Shown here piece after piece: positions 27,649 through 37,009 of a stretch of DNA of 64,000 nucleotides. Made by a program: the position numbers and the translations under genes. The notes under the pieces are model-generated. The model was given only the letters and a program-made list of their open reading frames with translations. It was not told the DNA's origin and did not search any database. The DNA comes from Escherichia phage JLBYU24: the sequence record OK272476.1; one strand, given 5' to 3'. The first letter of the stretch is position 1. The number at the start of each line of letters is the position of its first letter.

Positions 27649-28110
27649 TCATTGAGTTTTAATTACTGCTTTAGAAGCCTTTCCTGGTAAACGACGACTG
27701 TTAATAATTGCCATCCTGCATTGAAGCGACGGGTCTTTGAACTTCGCATTAGGTTTACAAACTGTAAACCCAAGCCAAAGATTTCCATCTGTGATTTCTA
27801 AACGTCCAGGACGATATTCAACCCCATCAATAAAATCCTCGTCAATGTCAGGACGCGGAGGCATACTCAGGAATTCATTAACTTCTAAAACATGGTCTTT
27901 TATTTTGTGGAATAATTCAAAAACATATGTCTCATCAATCTCCCGTTGAATTGCACGATCAAGAAGATGCTGAGAATATTTTAGATGAAACGATGAGACC
28001 CCTGCTGCTTTTGATGCCTCACGAATCTCATTGTTAATTTGACGAAACTCCGACTCAAAATGACGACGAAGCTTATTTCGACGGATAAAAACTTCTGTAT
28101 TGATAGTCAT
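27649..28110 (-). CDS. regB: Endoribonuclease RegB
   Basis: 153 aa, MTINTEVFIRRNKLRRHFE... recalled as T4 RegB. Confidence 0.85.
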   Translation of the reverse strand: MTINTEVFIRRNKLRRHFESEFRQINNEIREASKAAGVSSFHLKYSQHLLDRAIQREIDETYVFELFHKIKDHVLEVNEFLSMPPRPDIDEDFIDGVEYRPGRLEITDGNLWLGFTVCKPNAKFKDPSLQCRMAIINSRRLPGKASKAVIKTQ

Positions 28111-28137
28111 GTTATTCTCCTCTTAACTGATAGAAAA

Positions 28138-28167
28138 ATTATACCACAGTCAAGAGGAAAAGTAAAC
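28138..28167 (-). promoter_or_regulatory. T4-type early promoter upstream of regB
   Basis: GTTTAC (28162-28167), 18-nt spacer, gTGgTATAAT (28138-28143). Confidence 0.55.
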
Positions 28168-28169
28168 AG

Positions 28170-28490
28170 TTATTCTTTAAATCTAATCAATTTATTCATA
28201 GACTTTGAAACTTCTGCACGAACCTCATGTAAGTTTTTAAGCTGTTCAAGACGCTGCTCATAGTAAGCAATTTCATCTTCTTCGAGACAGTCCTGTGAAT
28301 CTTCTTTAAGATAACGTGCATAGTCCTGAAAAGCTTTACGGACTACTTCCTGGAAGTCATCAAGACTTTGAATTTTCTTAGGAGCGGCAGATACACGACG
28401 AGGTGCAGTATAATACTCATAACCAAACCCTGCACTTAATTGAGCCATTAGTATTTTTCCTCTGGTTGGAACACAGCACGGCAAGCCCAC
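28170..28490 (-). CDS. Hypothetical protein
   Basis: ORF track. Confidence 0.6.
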   Translation of the reverse strand: MGLPCCVPTRGKILMAQLSAGFGYEYYTAPRRVSAAPKKIQSLDDFQEVVRKAFQDYARYLKEDSQDCLEEDEIAYYEQRLEQLKNLHEVRAEVSKSMNKLIRFKE

Positions 28491-28750
28491 ATACTTGCTT
28501 CTTTGAGTTTCGTTTTAGCAATAGTTAACTGATCGAGGCTTTCGGCGTAATTCTTCGCGAGTTCATCATCTTCACAGCTATCAAATGCTTCCCAAAATTC
28601 ATCGTATAAAGCATCAAAGATAAGTCCTAAACGAACTTCAGCGTCTTTAATAGCATTTACTTTACCGATTTTTTCGTCGGTATGCGGCTTATAACCTTTA
28701 ATGTCTTCAATCATATTTGACTTCCTCACCAGTACATAAATCATATTCAA
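28448..28750 (-). CDS. Hypothetical protein (start uncertain)
   Basis: ORF track; overlaps neighbours if first ATG used. Confidence 0.5.
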   Translation of the reverse strand: MNMIYVLVRKSNMIEDIKGYKPHTDEKIGKVNAIKDAEVRLGLIFDALYDEFWEAFDSCEDDELAKNYAESLDQLTIAKTKLKEASMWACRAVFQPEEKY

Positions 28751-28928
28751 CTAAACGAATAGGTTCATGAATGCCATATCCCTGAACAGAAATTTCTGTC
28801 GTAGGATAAATTCCATCAATATCACCCATATTCCACGCTTCGTTAAATTGCTGTTCGCCTGAATTACTAAACCACTCGGCGAAAGCATTTAGCACATCTT
28901 TAGAACCTTCAATAATTATCTTTGCCAT
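28707..28928 (-). CDS. Hypothetical protein
   Basis: ORF track. Confidence 0.55.
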   Translation of the reverse strand: MAKIIIEGSKDVLNAFAEWFSNSGEQQFNEAWNMGDIDGIYPTTEISVQGYGIHEPIRLVEYDLCTGEEVKYD

Positions 28929-29290
28929 TATAAGCTCTCAGTAAAGGTACGAGCAATAACGTCGCGCTGCTGTTCCGGAGTCAGAGAATTAAAGCGAACT
29001 GCATAACCTGATACACGGATGGTCAGCTGCGGATATTTTTCCGGATGCTTAACTGCATCTTCCAGAGTTTCACGACGCAGAACGTTAACGTTCAGGTGTT
29101 GACCACCTTCAATTTTAACTGTAGGCTGTGGCTCAATTTCAATTTCACGGGCATGCAAACCGTAGAAAATTTCTGGGTCTACAAAAGAGTCCTCTTTAAA
29201 GGTTTTAGAGACAATAATTCGTGCTTGAATACCATCTTCAAAATAAATAGTACCTTTATGTGTGCCTTCAAGAATTTGATATGCTTTCAT
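28928..29290 (-). CDS. Autonomous glycyl-radical cofactor protein (GrcA/YfiD-like; T4 Y06I-type)
   Basis: 120 aa; C-terminal [60 protein letters not shown] is a glycyl-radical domain (RVSGY) closely resembling E. coli GrcA from memory. Confidence 0.85.
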   Translation of the reverse strand: MKAYQILEGTHKGTIYFEDGIQARIIVSKTFKEDSFVDPEIFYGLHAREIEIEPQPTVKIEGGQHLNVNVLRRETLEDAVKHPEKYPQLTIRVSGYAVRFNSLTPEQQRDVIARTFTESL

Positions 29291-29297
29291 ATAAACC

Positions 29298-29678
29298 TCA
29301 ATTAGAAAATAAATTTATCCAAGATTGTTCTTTAATTAAAAATGGCTCAGAATCATATGCCATTAAACTTTGGGTGATTAGTCCTTTAAAAGGCCCATCA
29401 ATAAATTCCATGGTAAAATATGGAATTTTATTCATTAGCCGTGCATTAGGAGCAGTGCACAAAACTCTGCATCCTTTGAATACGCCTTTTTGTAATTTGT
29501 ATTGCTTGGGATAAAATTCGCTTAAAATGTTATTATTTGCCAAAATTTCAAAATGATTTACCAATTTATTTTTAATAGTTTTTGGCGAAAAATAGAGATA
29601 TTCGAAAAGCTGTGTGTCTGTCATCATTGCATTCCGATTACGAAAAACTGTGGACGAGTAATACCACCAATGCAACAT
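29298..29678 (-). CDS. Hypothetical protein (start possibly 29624)
   Basis: ORF track; TAATG coupling if Met at 29624. Confidence 0.55.
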   Translation of the reverse strand: MLHWWYYSSTVFRNRNAMMTDTQLFEYLYFSPKTIKNKLVNHFEILANNNILSEFYPKQYKLQKGVFKGCRVLCTAPNARLMNKIPYFTMEFIDGPFKGLITQSLMAYDSEPFLIKEQSWINLFSN

Positions 29679-30214
29679 TTACTATTACAGCAGTAGTGTA
29701 CAGTGTCAATATGGACGCTATAAATCTTATCCATATCAGGAGATTTGACAGGCTCATCAATTATATACAAAATTCGCGAAAGCGATAAACCTCTGAACTT
29801 ACTTCCTTTATTACCAATAAAACTGCGCACAGAATCAGTAAATAAACGAAAACGTATATCATCATTAGAATAACGTGAAAATTCCTTTTTAATGTTATTT
29901 GCAGAAATTTTAGCGTAAGCTGAAGTATTAGAAAGAACAATAACTGTTCCGCCATCATACAGCCAATTAGCAGCAAAGTTAGTCACAGCAATTGATTTAC
30001 CGGATTGACGTCCACCATCTAGTCGAAGTGTACAATATTCTTTAAATAAATGCGACGAATCAGGTACATAAAATCCACTATTACAAATTTCTTCTACTCT
30101 AGCATCAGAATGGTGTGTAAAAGCATTCATCAGGGATAGATAAGGACCAGTTAAAAATGTTCTCATTTTATTCTCTCTAAATTTGGGCCATTCCGTGGCG
30201 CATGAATTGTCCAT
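29624..30214 (-). CDS. Small P-loop NTPase-like protein
   Basis: 196 aa; Walker A-like GGRQSGKS, Walker B-like ILYIIDEP, C-terminal Cys cluster CCNSKCC. Confidence 0.6.
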   Translation of the reverse strand: MDNSCATEWPKFRENKMRTFLTGPYLSLMNAFTHHSDARVEEICNSGFYVPDSSHLFKEYCTLRLDGGRQSGKSIAVTNFAANWLYDGGTVIVLSNTSAYAKISANNIKKEFSRYSNDDIRFRLFTDSVRSFIGNKGSKFRGLSLSRILYIIDEPVKSPDMDKIYSVHIDTVHYCCNSKCCIGGITRPQFFVIGMQ

Positions 30215-30307
30215 TTCTGTATTTACCCATTACCGCACTCAGGCTCGACCTTATCACAGGTTGGCGGGAATCCCTCACAGAATCATGAGGTCCAGCTTGT
30301 TCCCATA

Positions 30308-30781
30308 TTATTTGAACGATTTAACGTACTGAATAGAACCTTTACTATTCACAAAGGCAATTTTACCATTTTTATTATACATGGTAGCAGTACGTTGATA
30401 ACCATAAGTTTGTTTACCAGATTGATAACCAACTAATGCGAAATTATCTTCGCCCATTTTATTCTGTTTAGCGCGAATGCGTTCATGACCATGTGCCATA
30501 AGAACCTTAGCATCACCAGTTGCAATGGATCGACGAGTTTTTTCATCTTCAACTGTATTAACAAAGTCGTCAAATGAATCAAATTTAGCATGAGATTTAT
30601 TATACAATTTTCCATCTACTGCATAATTATATCCCTGTACATCCATCTCAACTTCTGTACCATCATCCAATACAGCAGTGATTTTTTGACCTTTTTTAAA
30701 TTTCAAAAGATCAGTAAAAGATTCAGCAATAATTTGAGAATTAATAGCTGCTTCAGTGATAAATTCTTGATATGTTTTCAT
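30308..30781 (-). CDS. Internal-protein-like (capsid-targeted) protein
   Basis: 157 aa; N-terminus MKTYQEFITEA matches the T4 internal-protein capsid targeting sequence; located beside denV/e as ipII/ipIII in T4. Confidence 0.7.
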   Translation of the reverse strand: MKTYQEFITEAAINSQIIAESFTDLLKFKKGQKITAVLDDGTEVEMDVQGYNYAVDGKLYNKSHAKFDSFDDFVNTVEDEKTRRSIATGDAKVLMAHGHERIRAKQNKMGEDNFALVGYQSGKQTYGYQRTATMYNKNGKIAFVNSKGSIQYVKSFK

Positions 30782-30790
30782 ATGTTTCCT

Positions 30791-31207
30791 TTAAATGTAA
30801 ATATTTTTACCGTAATACTTATACCAATGTGGTTTCATTAAAATTTTTTCATCAAGTCGTTGTTGACTCAATTTAATAGCTGATTTGCATGGATTATAAT
30901 CATTTTTCCATTCTACTGGAATATCGCTGATGTCAGGAACTTCAGTATCTTTTATACTGAACCCGCGTTTTAAGCATTCCGTTATAATGTCTAATTGACG
31001 CTTTCGCAAAAATTCTAACTTATCGTAAAAGAACGTAACATGACCAGAACCTAAAATAAACTCGGAAGATATTTTAAAATCTTTAACGCGCTTACCGTTT
31101 GCCACATGCTTACGAACTATACCAAAAACACGCGGCAATTCACGGTATTCTGCGATTAAATGTTGATCAGCAAGTTCAGATACTAAAGTCAAATTAATAC
31201 GAGTCAT
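30791..31207 (-). CDS. denV: Endonuclease V (pyrimidine-dimer DNA glycosylase)
   Basis: 138 aa, [17 protein letters not shown]...WYKYYGK recalled as T4 endo V. Confidence 0.9.
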   Translation of the reverse strand: MTRINLTLVSELADQHLIAEYRELPRVFGIVRKHVANGKRVKDFKISSEFILGSGHVTFFYDKLEFLRKRQLDIITECLKRGFSIKDTEVPDISDIPVEWKNDYNPCKSAIKLSQQRLDEKILMKPHWYKYYGKNIYI

Positions 31208-31232
31208 TTTATCCCTCCAATTAACTGTGAAT

Positions 31233-31262
31233 ATACTATCACAATTCTAGGAGAAAGTAAAC
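31233..31262 (-). promoter_or_regulatory. Putative T4-type early promoter
   Basis: GTTTAC (31257-31262), 18-nt spacer, TAGTAT. Confidence 0.4.
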
Positions 31263-31266
31263 AACT

Positions 31267-32235
<969 letters not shown>

Positions 32236-32254
<19 letters not shown>

Positions 32255-32724
32255 TCAGTGATAAAGTTATTTAAATTTTGAGTGTATTTCTTTTCATCAA
32301 AAATCTTTTGCTGTCTGCGTAGCCGCCATGGCATTTCAATGAACACGCACCATATCCCAGATAATATTGCTGCTGTAAAAATATTAACAAGTATGGTTAA
32401 AAGAATCCAATCTCCTATTCTGTCCATTGGATTTTTTATAAAAAAGTAAAATACGAATGATGTCACAGGAAGACTAATAATATACCACAGAATCATAATT
32501 TTATCTGTGAACCAATCAGCGTTCGTTAACTTAGCACGACCATTATGAATACACACGAATTTATCATCTGTTATAATAGATGGCTTAGCTGCTTGATATC
32601 CCATTCTAAACTCCCTAATCAACAAATTTTTCATATCTTCGGAACAACCATTCCAGTCAACTCTATCAACTGAAATGCCATCATCCCCATCATCTAAATC
32701 ATACCAGCGAGTTTTTAAAATCAT
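32236..32724 (-). CDS. Membrane protein
   Basis: 162 aa, two hydrophobic helices. Confidence 0.6.
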
Positions 32725-33083
32725 TTAATTTTCCTACAATCACTCACAAACTCTTCCATTGATTCTTTTTCAATATAAGACATGTAGCTATTATATTCCT
32801 TTAATTGTATTTTGTAATCCTTTTTTCTTTGCCAATTTATTTTAAAATTATCATAATGAAAATATAACATTGTACCAAAGAATGAAAATAATGAAATAAT
32901 TTTAGTATAGTGAAGTTCACTCCAAACTTCTATTATATTTACTGTGCCGTCAATGTTTAAAATAAGACAGTCAATTAACAATCCAAAAAGACTACCCGCA
33001 AGAGCTGCAGCCAACGCTACAGCAAAAATTAAAAATGACTCAGGAAGAGAATATTTGACTTTATTTAGTTTTGGCTTTTGCAT
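32721..33083 (-). CDS. Membrane protein
   Basis: 120 aa, hydrophobic spans. Confidence 0.6.
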   Translation of the reverse strand: MQKPKLNKVKYSLPESFLIFAVALAAALAGSLFGLLIDCLILNIDGTVNIIEVWSELHYTKIISLFSFFGTMLYFHYDNFKINWQRKKDYKIQLKEYNSYMSYIEKESMEEFVSDCRKIK

Positions 33084-33478
33084 CGTGATTCCTTAACAAA
33101 TTTCATAATTTCATCAAATTCATGCGCAGCAAGTTTAAGCTGATGTTCCTTTTTAATCTTTTTACACTGAGCTTTCCAATCACGTACACGTTTACGATAG
33201 TGTCTTCCTTGATACCAATATCCTATCCAATTTATAGGTACTAATAAAAGCGGAACTACCAATGGAAGAATTAGTGTTGCTCCAAATATTGCACCAGATT
33301 CAATATCAGTCATAACGTCTATAACTATTCCAGCAATCAGCAGAATCATAAATGATACGGCTACCACAGGACCTATTAATACATCAGTAGAAATTATCTG
33401 ACGCTTTAATTCATACTTTAAGGGTTTACTTGGAAGATACATTGATGGCTTTGACATATTCTCTACATTCCTTAACAA
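33065..33478 (-). CDS. Membrane protein
   Basis: 137 aa, hydrophobic spans. Confidence 0.6.
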   Translation of the reverse strand: MLRNVENMSKPSMYLPSKPLKYELKRQIISTDVLIGPVVAVSFMILLIAGIVIDVMTDIESGAIFGATLILPLVVPLLLVPINWIGYWYQGRHYRKRVRDWKAQCKKIKKEHQLKLAAHEFDEIMKFVKESRCKSQN

Positions 33479-34031
33479 ATTTTTCTAATAATAAATCGCT
33501 TTCAAAATTAGGATTTTCTACGAATTTATCAAAAAGATCATCAACAATAGTTAAGATATTCTTTTTACTAAGAATACGTTTATTTTCATATTTTGTTTCA
33601 GAGTCAACTATAAGAGTAAAGAAATATTTCTTTCCCTGAAATTTTACCGTAGTATCAATATAGAACAAATTTGACTTTTGTAAATTACGTTTAAACCATG
33701 CGTCACTTAAACTGTAAACGCCAAGATAATCATAATCGTCATTTAAATAACAAACTGTCCATTCAGGAGAAATGAAATCAGTAAATTCAACATCAAAATC
33801 ACACGTCAATGAATGAATTGATTCAATACTTTTAATGAGTATTCCAGGACGTATTAAAGACTTTTTACCTTTATAAAATCCAGAAAGACTTTCATCAGTT
33901 TCATATGAAGAACCCCAATAATAATTACGTCCTTCTGCCATACGTTTAAGAGCATTTAATAATTGGTCTGGAACATCAACCTGTCTTTGGAACTCTTCAA
34001 ACATTGAATTGAAATCACTTTGCATTTTCAT
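33426..34031 (-). CDS. Hypothetical protein (201 aa)
   Basis: ORF track. Confidence 0.6.
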   Translation of the reverse strand: MKMQSDFNSMFEEFQRQVDVPDQLLNALKRMAEGRNYYWGSSYETDESLSGFYKGKKSLIRPGILIKSIESIHSLTCDFDVEFTDFISPEWTVCYLNDDYDYLGVYSLSDAWFKRNLQKSNLFYIDTTVKFQGKKYFFTLIVDSETKYENKRILSKKNILTIVDDLFDKFVENPNFESDLLLEKFVKECREYVKAINVSSK

Positions 34032-34051
34032 TCCTACTTACTCCAAGTAAT

Positions 34052-34067
34052 AGGGGCCGAAGCCCCT
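34052..34067 (-). terminator. UUCG-tetraloop hairpin
   Basis: aggggccgaagcccct; weak U tract. Confidence 0.4.
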
Positions 34068-34072
34068 TATCA

Positions 34073-34666
34073 TTATTTCAGAGAATTAATATATTCCTGG
34101 ACATCGGCAGAGGTAGTTTCAACCCCAGAAATATTGCCATTAAAGGTTTCAACTCGGGCAAGAGTATCTTCAATATCAACCTTAGTCAGCGCTGCAATTT
34201 CAACTACATCATCAGCAGTACTAATTCCAAGTGCATTTGCGGCGCGAGTTTCACGGATATATTCCAATTTAACCGCAAGTTCTTGACGAGCATCATCCAA
34301 TTCAACTACTTTCTTGGCGATTTCAATTCGCATTTCAGCATAACCATCAGCTTTAGTAGTCAACTGTTCAGCTGTTCGACGATATAGCAAGCCGAGTTTA
34401 GCATGCATTGTTACATCTTGACCTTCAGAAAGAAGCTTGCGAATTTCACGCTCTTTTGATTCGGCCTGCTTATTCTTTTCGACAATAAGTTCACGAATAC
34501 GCTTTTCTTCATTAATAGATTTAACAGAAGCAGTTTTTAGATCTTTAATCTTATCAAGTAGTTTTGCTGCCGCAGCAGTATACTGTTCTTCAACAGATAG
34601 ATTTTTAGCCATAGCAGAACCAAGTTTAGTGCGAATAAACTCAACAATTTTCTTCAGCATGTTCAT
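34073..34666 (-). CDS. Coiled-coil protein (PspA-like, low confidence)
   Basis: 197 aa, almost entirely helical/charged heptad-like sequence. Confidence 0.6.
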   Translation of the reverse strand: MNMLKKIVEFIRTKLGSAMAKNLSVEEQYTAAAAKLLDKIKDLKTASVKSINEEKRIRELIVEKNKQAESKEREIRKLLSEGQDVTMHAKLGLLYRRTAEQLTTKADGYAEMRIEIAKKVVELDDARQELAVKLEYIRETRAANALGISTADDVVEIAALTKVDIEDTLARVETFNGNISGVETTSADVQEYINSLK

Positions 34667-34710
34667 AGCATTTCCTTTAGTTAATTAAGGGTTTTATAAT
34701 CCGTGGGAGT

Positions 34711-34740
34711 ATTATACTCTACTCCCAAGAGTTTGTAAAC
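34711..34740 (-). promoter_or_regulatory. T4-type early promoter
   Basis: GTTTAC (34735-34740), 18-nt spacer, TATAAT (34711-34716). Confidence 0.55.
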
Positions 34741-35073
34741 TTATTCTTCGTCCAATTCATCAATAAATTTATCGATACTACTATTAATAGACTCATCGAT
34801 GATTAACAAAGCATCATCATCTATAATATTAATATTTTCTAAAGCATCAATATAAGCTTGATTGACTATAGACCATGCCCTTTGAAAATATGGGGCTTCA
34901 TCATCAGGACTGAACCAACGTACACCTTCAAAGATACGTTTAGCATAATCCAACACCCATTGTACAGGCATGTTTTGAGAGCGTTCATTAAACTCTTCAA
35001 AGTCCTTAGATTCAAAAAGCTCTTCAGGATAATAATTTCTATTACAAAAAGCTTTACTAAAGTTACGTTTCAT
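34741..35073 (-). CDS. Hypothetical acidic protein
   Basis: ORF track. Confidence 0.6.
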   Translation of the reverse strand: MKRNFSKAFCNRNYYPEELFESKDFEEFNERSQNMPVQWVLDYAKRIFEGVRWFSPDDEAPYFQRAWSIVNQAYIDALENINIIDDDALLIIDESINSSIDKFIDELDEE

Positions 35074-35099
35074 AATGTTCTCCTCAAAGTTATAGGCTC

Positions 35100-35129
35100 A
35101 TAATATCTCAATCATGAGCCTGTGTAAAC
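35100..35129 (-). promoter_or_regulatory. T4-type early promoter
   Basis: GTTTAC (35124-35129), 18-nt spacer, TATTAT. Confidence 0.5.
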
Positions 35130-35393
35130 TTATTTCATATTATTGAAATATTCTTCAGCAATTTCATCATTATCATGATAAACTTTAGAAGACAGTTTAA
35201 CATAACTTTCAGCAGTGAACATGTTAATCACAACCTTTACAGTATACCACTGACCATCTTCATTACCCATTACTGCGTAAGTTTCAAACAACGGATGATC
35301 AGGACCGATAACTTTAATATCATTCACTGTACGACCGAAATCTTCTGAAACACATTTCATAAAGAAGTTGAACAGCTCACCGTAATTATCCAT
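35130..35393 (-). CDS. Hypothetical protein (87 aa)
   Basis: ORF 35130..35456 trimmed to Met at 35393 (MDNYGELF, RBS GGAGA); upstream codons overlie a promoter. Confidence 0.6.
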   Translation of the reverse strand: MDNYGELFNFFMKCVSEDFGRTVNDIKVIGPDHPLFETYAVMGNEDGQWYTVKVVINMFTAESYVKLSSKVYHDNDEIAEEYFNNMK

Positions 35394-35436
35394 TTCATTC
35401 TCCAAGTTGTTTTCTGTATCAGTAGTTGATAGTTGT

Positions 35437-35466
35437 ATAGTACCATGGAAGGACAAGGATGTAAAC
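35437..35466 (-). promoter_or_regulatory. T4-type early promoter
   Basis: GTTTAC (35461-35466), 18-nt spacer, TACTAT. Confidence 0.5.
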
Positions 35467-35600
35467 CGTTTTGTGAAAAAATTTTTAAAAAGTTTTGGGG
35501 AATTCTAGGGCAGGGAGGGGAAATCAAAGGATAGGATAATATATTATAAAGGGTAGAAACTAAATGATGTCTAGAGAGGCCTGGAAAGGCCTAGATACCA

Positions 35601-35630
35601 AAAAGCCCCAACCTTTCGGCTAGGGCTAAG
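35601..35630 (-). terminator. GAAA-tetraloop terminator (copy 1 of a 30-nt repeat)
   Basis: Minus RNA AGCCCUAGCC-GAAA-GGUUGGGGCU then UUUUU, immediately downstream of ORF 35635..36108. Confidence 0.6.
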
Positions 35631-35634
35631 AATG

Positions 35635-36108
35635 TTATTTGATTTGTTTAGCAGACCAAATGCGGTCTTTAATAATTTTTTGGATGTCTTCAACATATTC
35701 AAGAGAGTGAACATGTGGGTTATCTTTGAAACTATAAGCACGAGCTAGCTTTTGGCCTTCAGTTTTAATTACTAAAAGCTCTTTAAGGATAGCTTCATAT
35801 TTGGAGATAATTCCTTTAACAATATTTTTCTCTTGTGCGACTTTAGGATCTGCTTTAGGAGCAGGTTTACCTGAAGCCTTTGCAAAAGCAGCTCCAGTAG
35901 CAACTAAACTTTTCCAGGCCATACTAACTGCATTTCCCGTAAATCCTTCCGCTTTCATATCGCGAGCAAATTGGAATCGTGACTCATCGGAAGCATCTTT
36001 ATAGGAATATTTACCCGCGGCAATGGCAGCTTTTGCAACAGCTTGAATTTCAGTGCTAGATGCTTCATTTAACACCGCTTCATTTAAAAATTGAGCATAT
36101 GATTTCAT
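35635..36108 (-). CDS. Internal-protein-like (capsid-targeted) protein
   Basis: 157 aa; N-terminus MKSYAQFLNEA resembles the IP capsid-targeting sequence; Ala/Lys-rich. Confidence 0.6.
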   Translation of the reverse strand: MKSYAQFLNEAVLNEASSTEIQAVAKAAIAAGKYSYKDASDESRFQFARDMKAEGFTGNAVSMAWKSLVATGAAFAKASGKPAPKADPKVAQEKNIVKGIISKYEAILKELLVIKTEGQKLARAYSFKDNPHVHSLEYVEDIQKIIKDRIWSAKQIK

Positions 36109-36154
36109 CTTATTTCCTGTTTTAATTTGTAGATTTAATATACTTATTTATACT

Positions 36155-36185
36155 AAAAAGCCCCAACCTTTCGGTCGGGGCTAAG
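36155..36185 (-). terminator. GAAA-tetraloop terminator (copy 2), end of tRNA/small-RNA transcription unit
   Basis: Minus RNA AGCCCCGACC-GAAA-GGUUGGGGCU (10-bp stem) then UUUUU. Confidence 0.65.
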
Positions 36186-36189
36186 CCTT

Positions 36190-36498
36190 GCGGCAACCTT
36201 GTCGGGGTTCCACCTGCTAAGGCAAGTGTTTGTACGAAACGCCGGGATTCGAACCCGGTTATTAAGTAGTTGACGCTACTCAATATTTTTAAAAGGCCAT
36301 ATCTCGACCATATCCGAACGTTCCGTCAAAAACGCTACTCGGCTTACGGCAAAGATATTTCCTCGAATCGATAATTCGGTGCGCCGTTTCTGCTGTGATG
36401 TAAGGGGGCATTAACCGATCGTAAAGATTTGTTAATGCCAGTCCTTACCCAGGGAACATCAGTCCGACGACTTACCGGTAGCGACCCGGTTTCTTGTT
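36190..36498 (-). ncRNA. Structured small-RNA region downstream of tRNA-Arg (candidate T4 species-1/species-2-type stable RNAs), including a tRNA-like element at about 36234..36325
   Basis: No ORF; canonical T-arm CCGGG-TTCGAAT-CCCGG with 7-bp acceptor pairing CGGAACG/CGTTTCG but a non-canonical 60-nt interior; 9-bp inverted repeat GGCATTAAC/GTTAATGCC. Confidence 0.45.
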
Positions 36499-36574
36499 TG
36501 GTCGAGGCAGTAGGGATCGAACCTACGACCTAGGACTTAGAAGGTCCTTGCTCTTCCTTCTGAGCTATGCCTCG
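36499..36574 (-). tRNA. tRNA-Arg (anticodon UCU), CCA encoded
   Basis: Manual fold: acceptor CGAGGCA/TGCCTCG, anticodon stem AGGAC/GTCCT, loop CTTCTAA, T-loop TTCGATC. Confidence 0.85.
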
Positions 36575-36578
36575 GATT

Positions 36579-36653
36579 TGGCGGACGTGATAGGATTCGA
36601 ACCTATAACCAATCGCTTAACAGGCGATCGCTCTGCCATTGAGCTACACATCC
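36579..36653 (-). tRNA. tRNA-Asn (anticodon GUU), CCA encoded
   Basis: Manual fold: all stems canonical; anticodon loop CTGTTAA. Confidence 0.8.
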
Positions 36654-36657
36654 AAAT

Positions 36658-36744
36658 TGGTGGGGAGTGATGGAGTCGAACCACCCGAGTCGCAATGACA
36701 ATGGATTTACAGTCCACACCGCTACCTCTACGGGATAACTCCCC
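36658..36744 (-). tRNA. tRNA-Tyr (anticodon GUA), long variable arm, CCA encoded
   Basis: Manual fold: acceptor GGGGAGT/ACTCCCC, anticodon loop CTGTAAA, long variable arm. Confidence 0.7.
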
Positions 36745-36756
36745 TAATTCATAATT

Positions 36757-36831
36757 TGGTGGCCCTGGGTGGAATTGAACCACCATCTGGCGATTATGAG
36801 TCGCTTGCTTGAACCTTCCAGCTACAGGGCC
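36757..36831 (-). tRNA. tRNA with CAU anticodon (Ile-lysidine type as in T4, or Met), CCA encoded
   Basis: Manual fold: acceptor GGCCCTG/CAGGGCC, anticodon loop CTCATAA. Confidence 0.75.
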
Positions 36832-36832
36832 T

Positions 36833-36908
36833 TGGTGCTGATTGACGGAATCGAACCGCCGACCTTCTCATTACAAGTGAGTTGCTCTACCTACTGAGCT
36901 AAATCAGC
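36833..36908 (-). tRNA. tRNA-Thr (anticodon UGU), CCA encoded
   Basis: Manual fold: acceptor GCTGATT/AATCAGC, D-stem GCTC/GAGC, anticodon loop CTTGTAA. Confidence 0.8.
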
Positions 36909-36913
36909 AAAAC

Positions 36914-37003
36914 TGGCGGAGGCGATAGGATTTGAACCTATGAGTCGCCGGAGCGACTGCCGGTTTTCAAGACCGGTGCATTAAACCACTCTGCCACGCC
37001 TCC
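36914..37003 (-). tRNA. tRNA-Ser (anticodon UGA), long variable arm, CCA encoded
   Basis: Manual fold: acceptor GGAGGCG/CGCCTCC, anticodon stem CCGGT/ACCGG, loop CTTGAAA. Confidence 0.8.
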
Positions 37004-37009
37004 AAATAT

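Noticed and set aside
36565-36786. 73-aa ORF across tRNA-Arg/Asn/Tyr
   Set aside because: Overlaps three well-folded tRNA genes.
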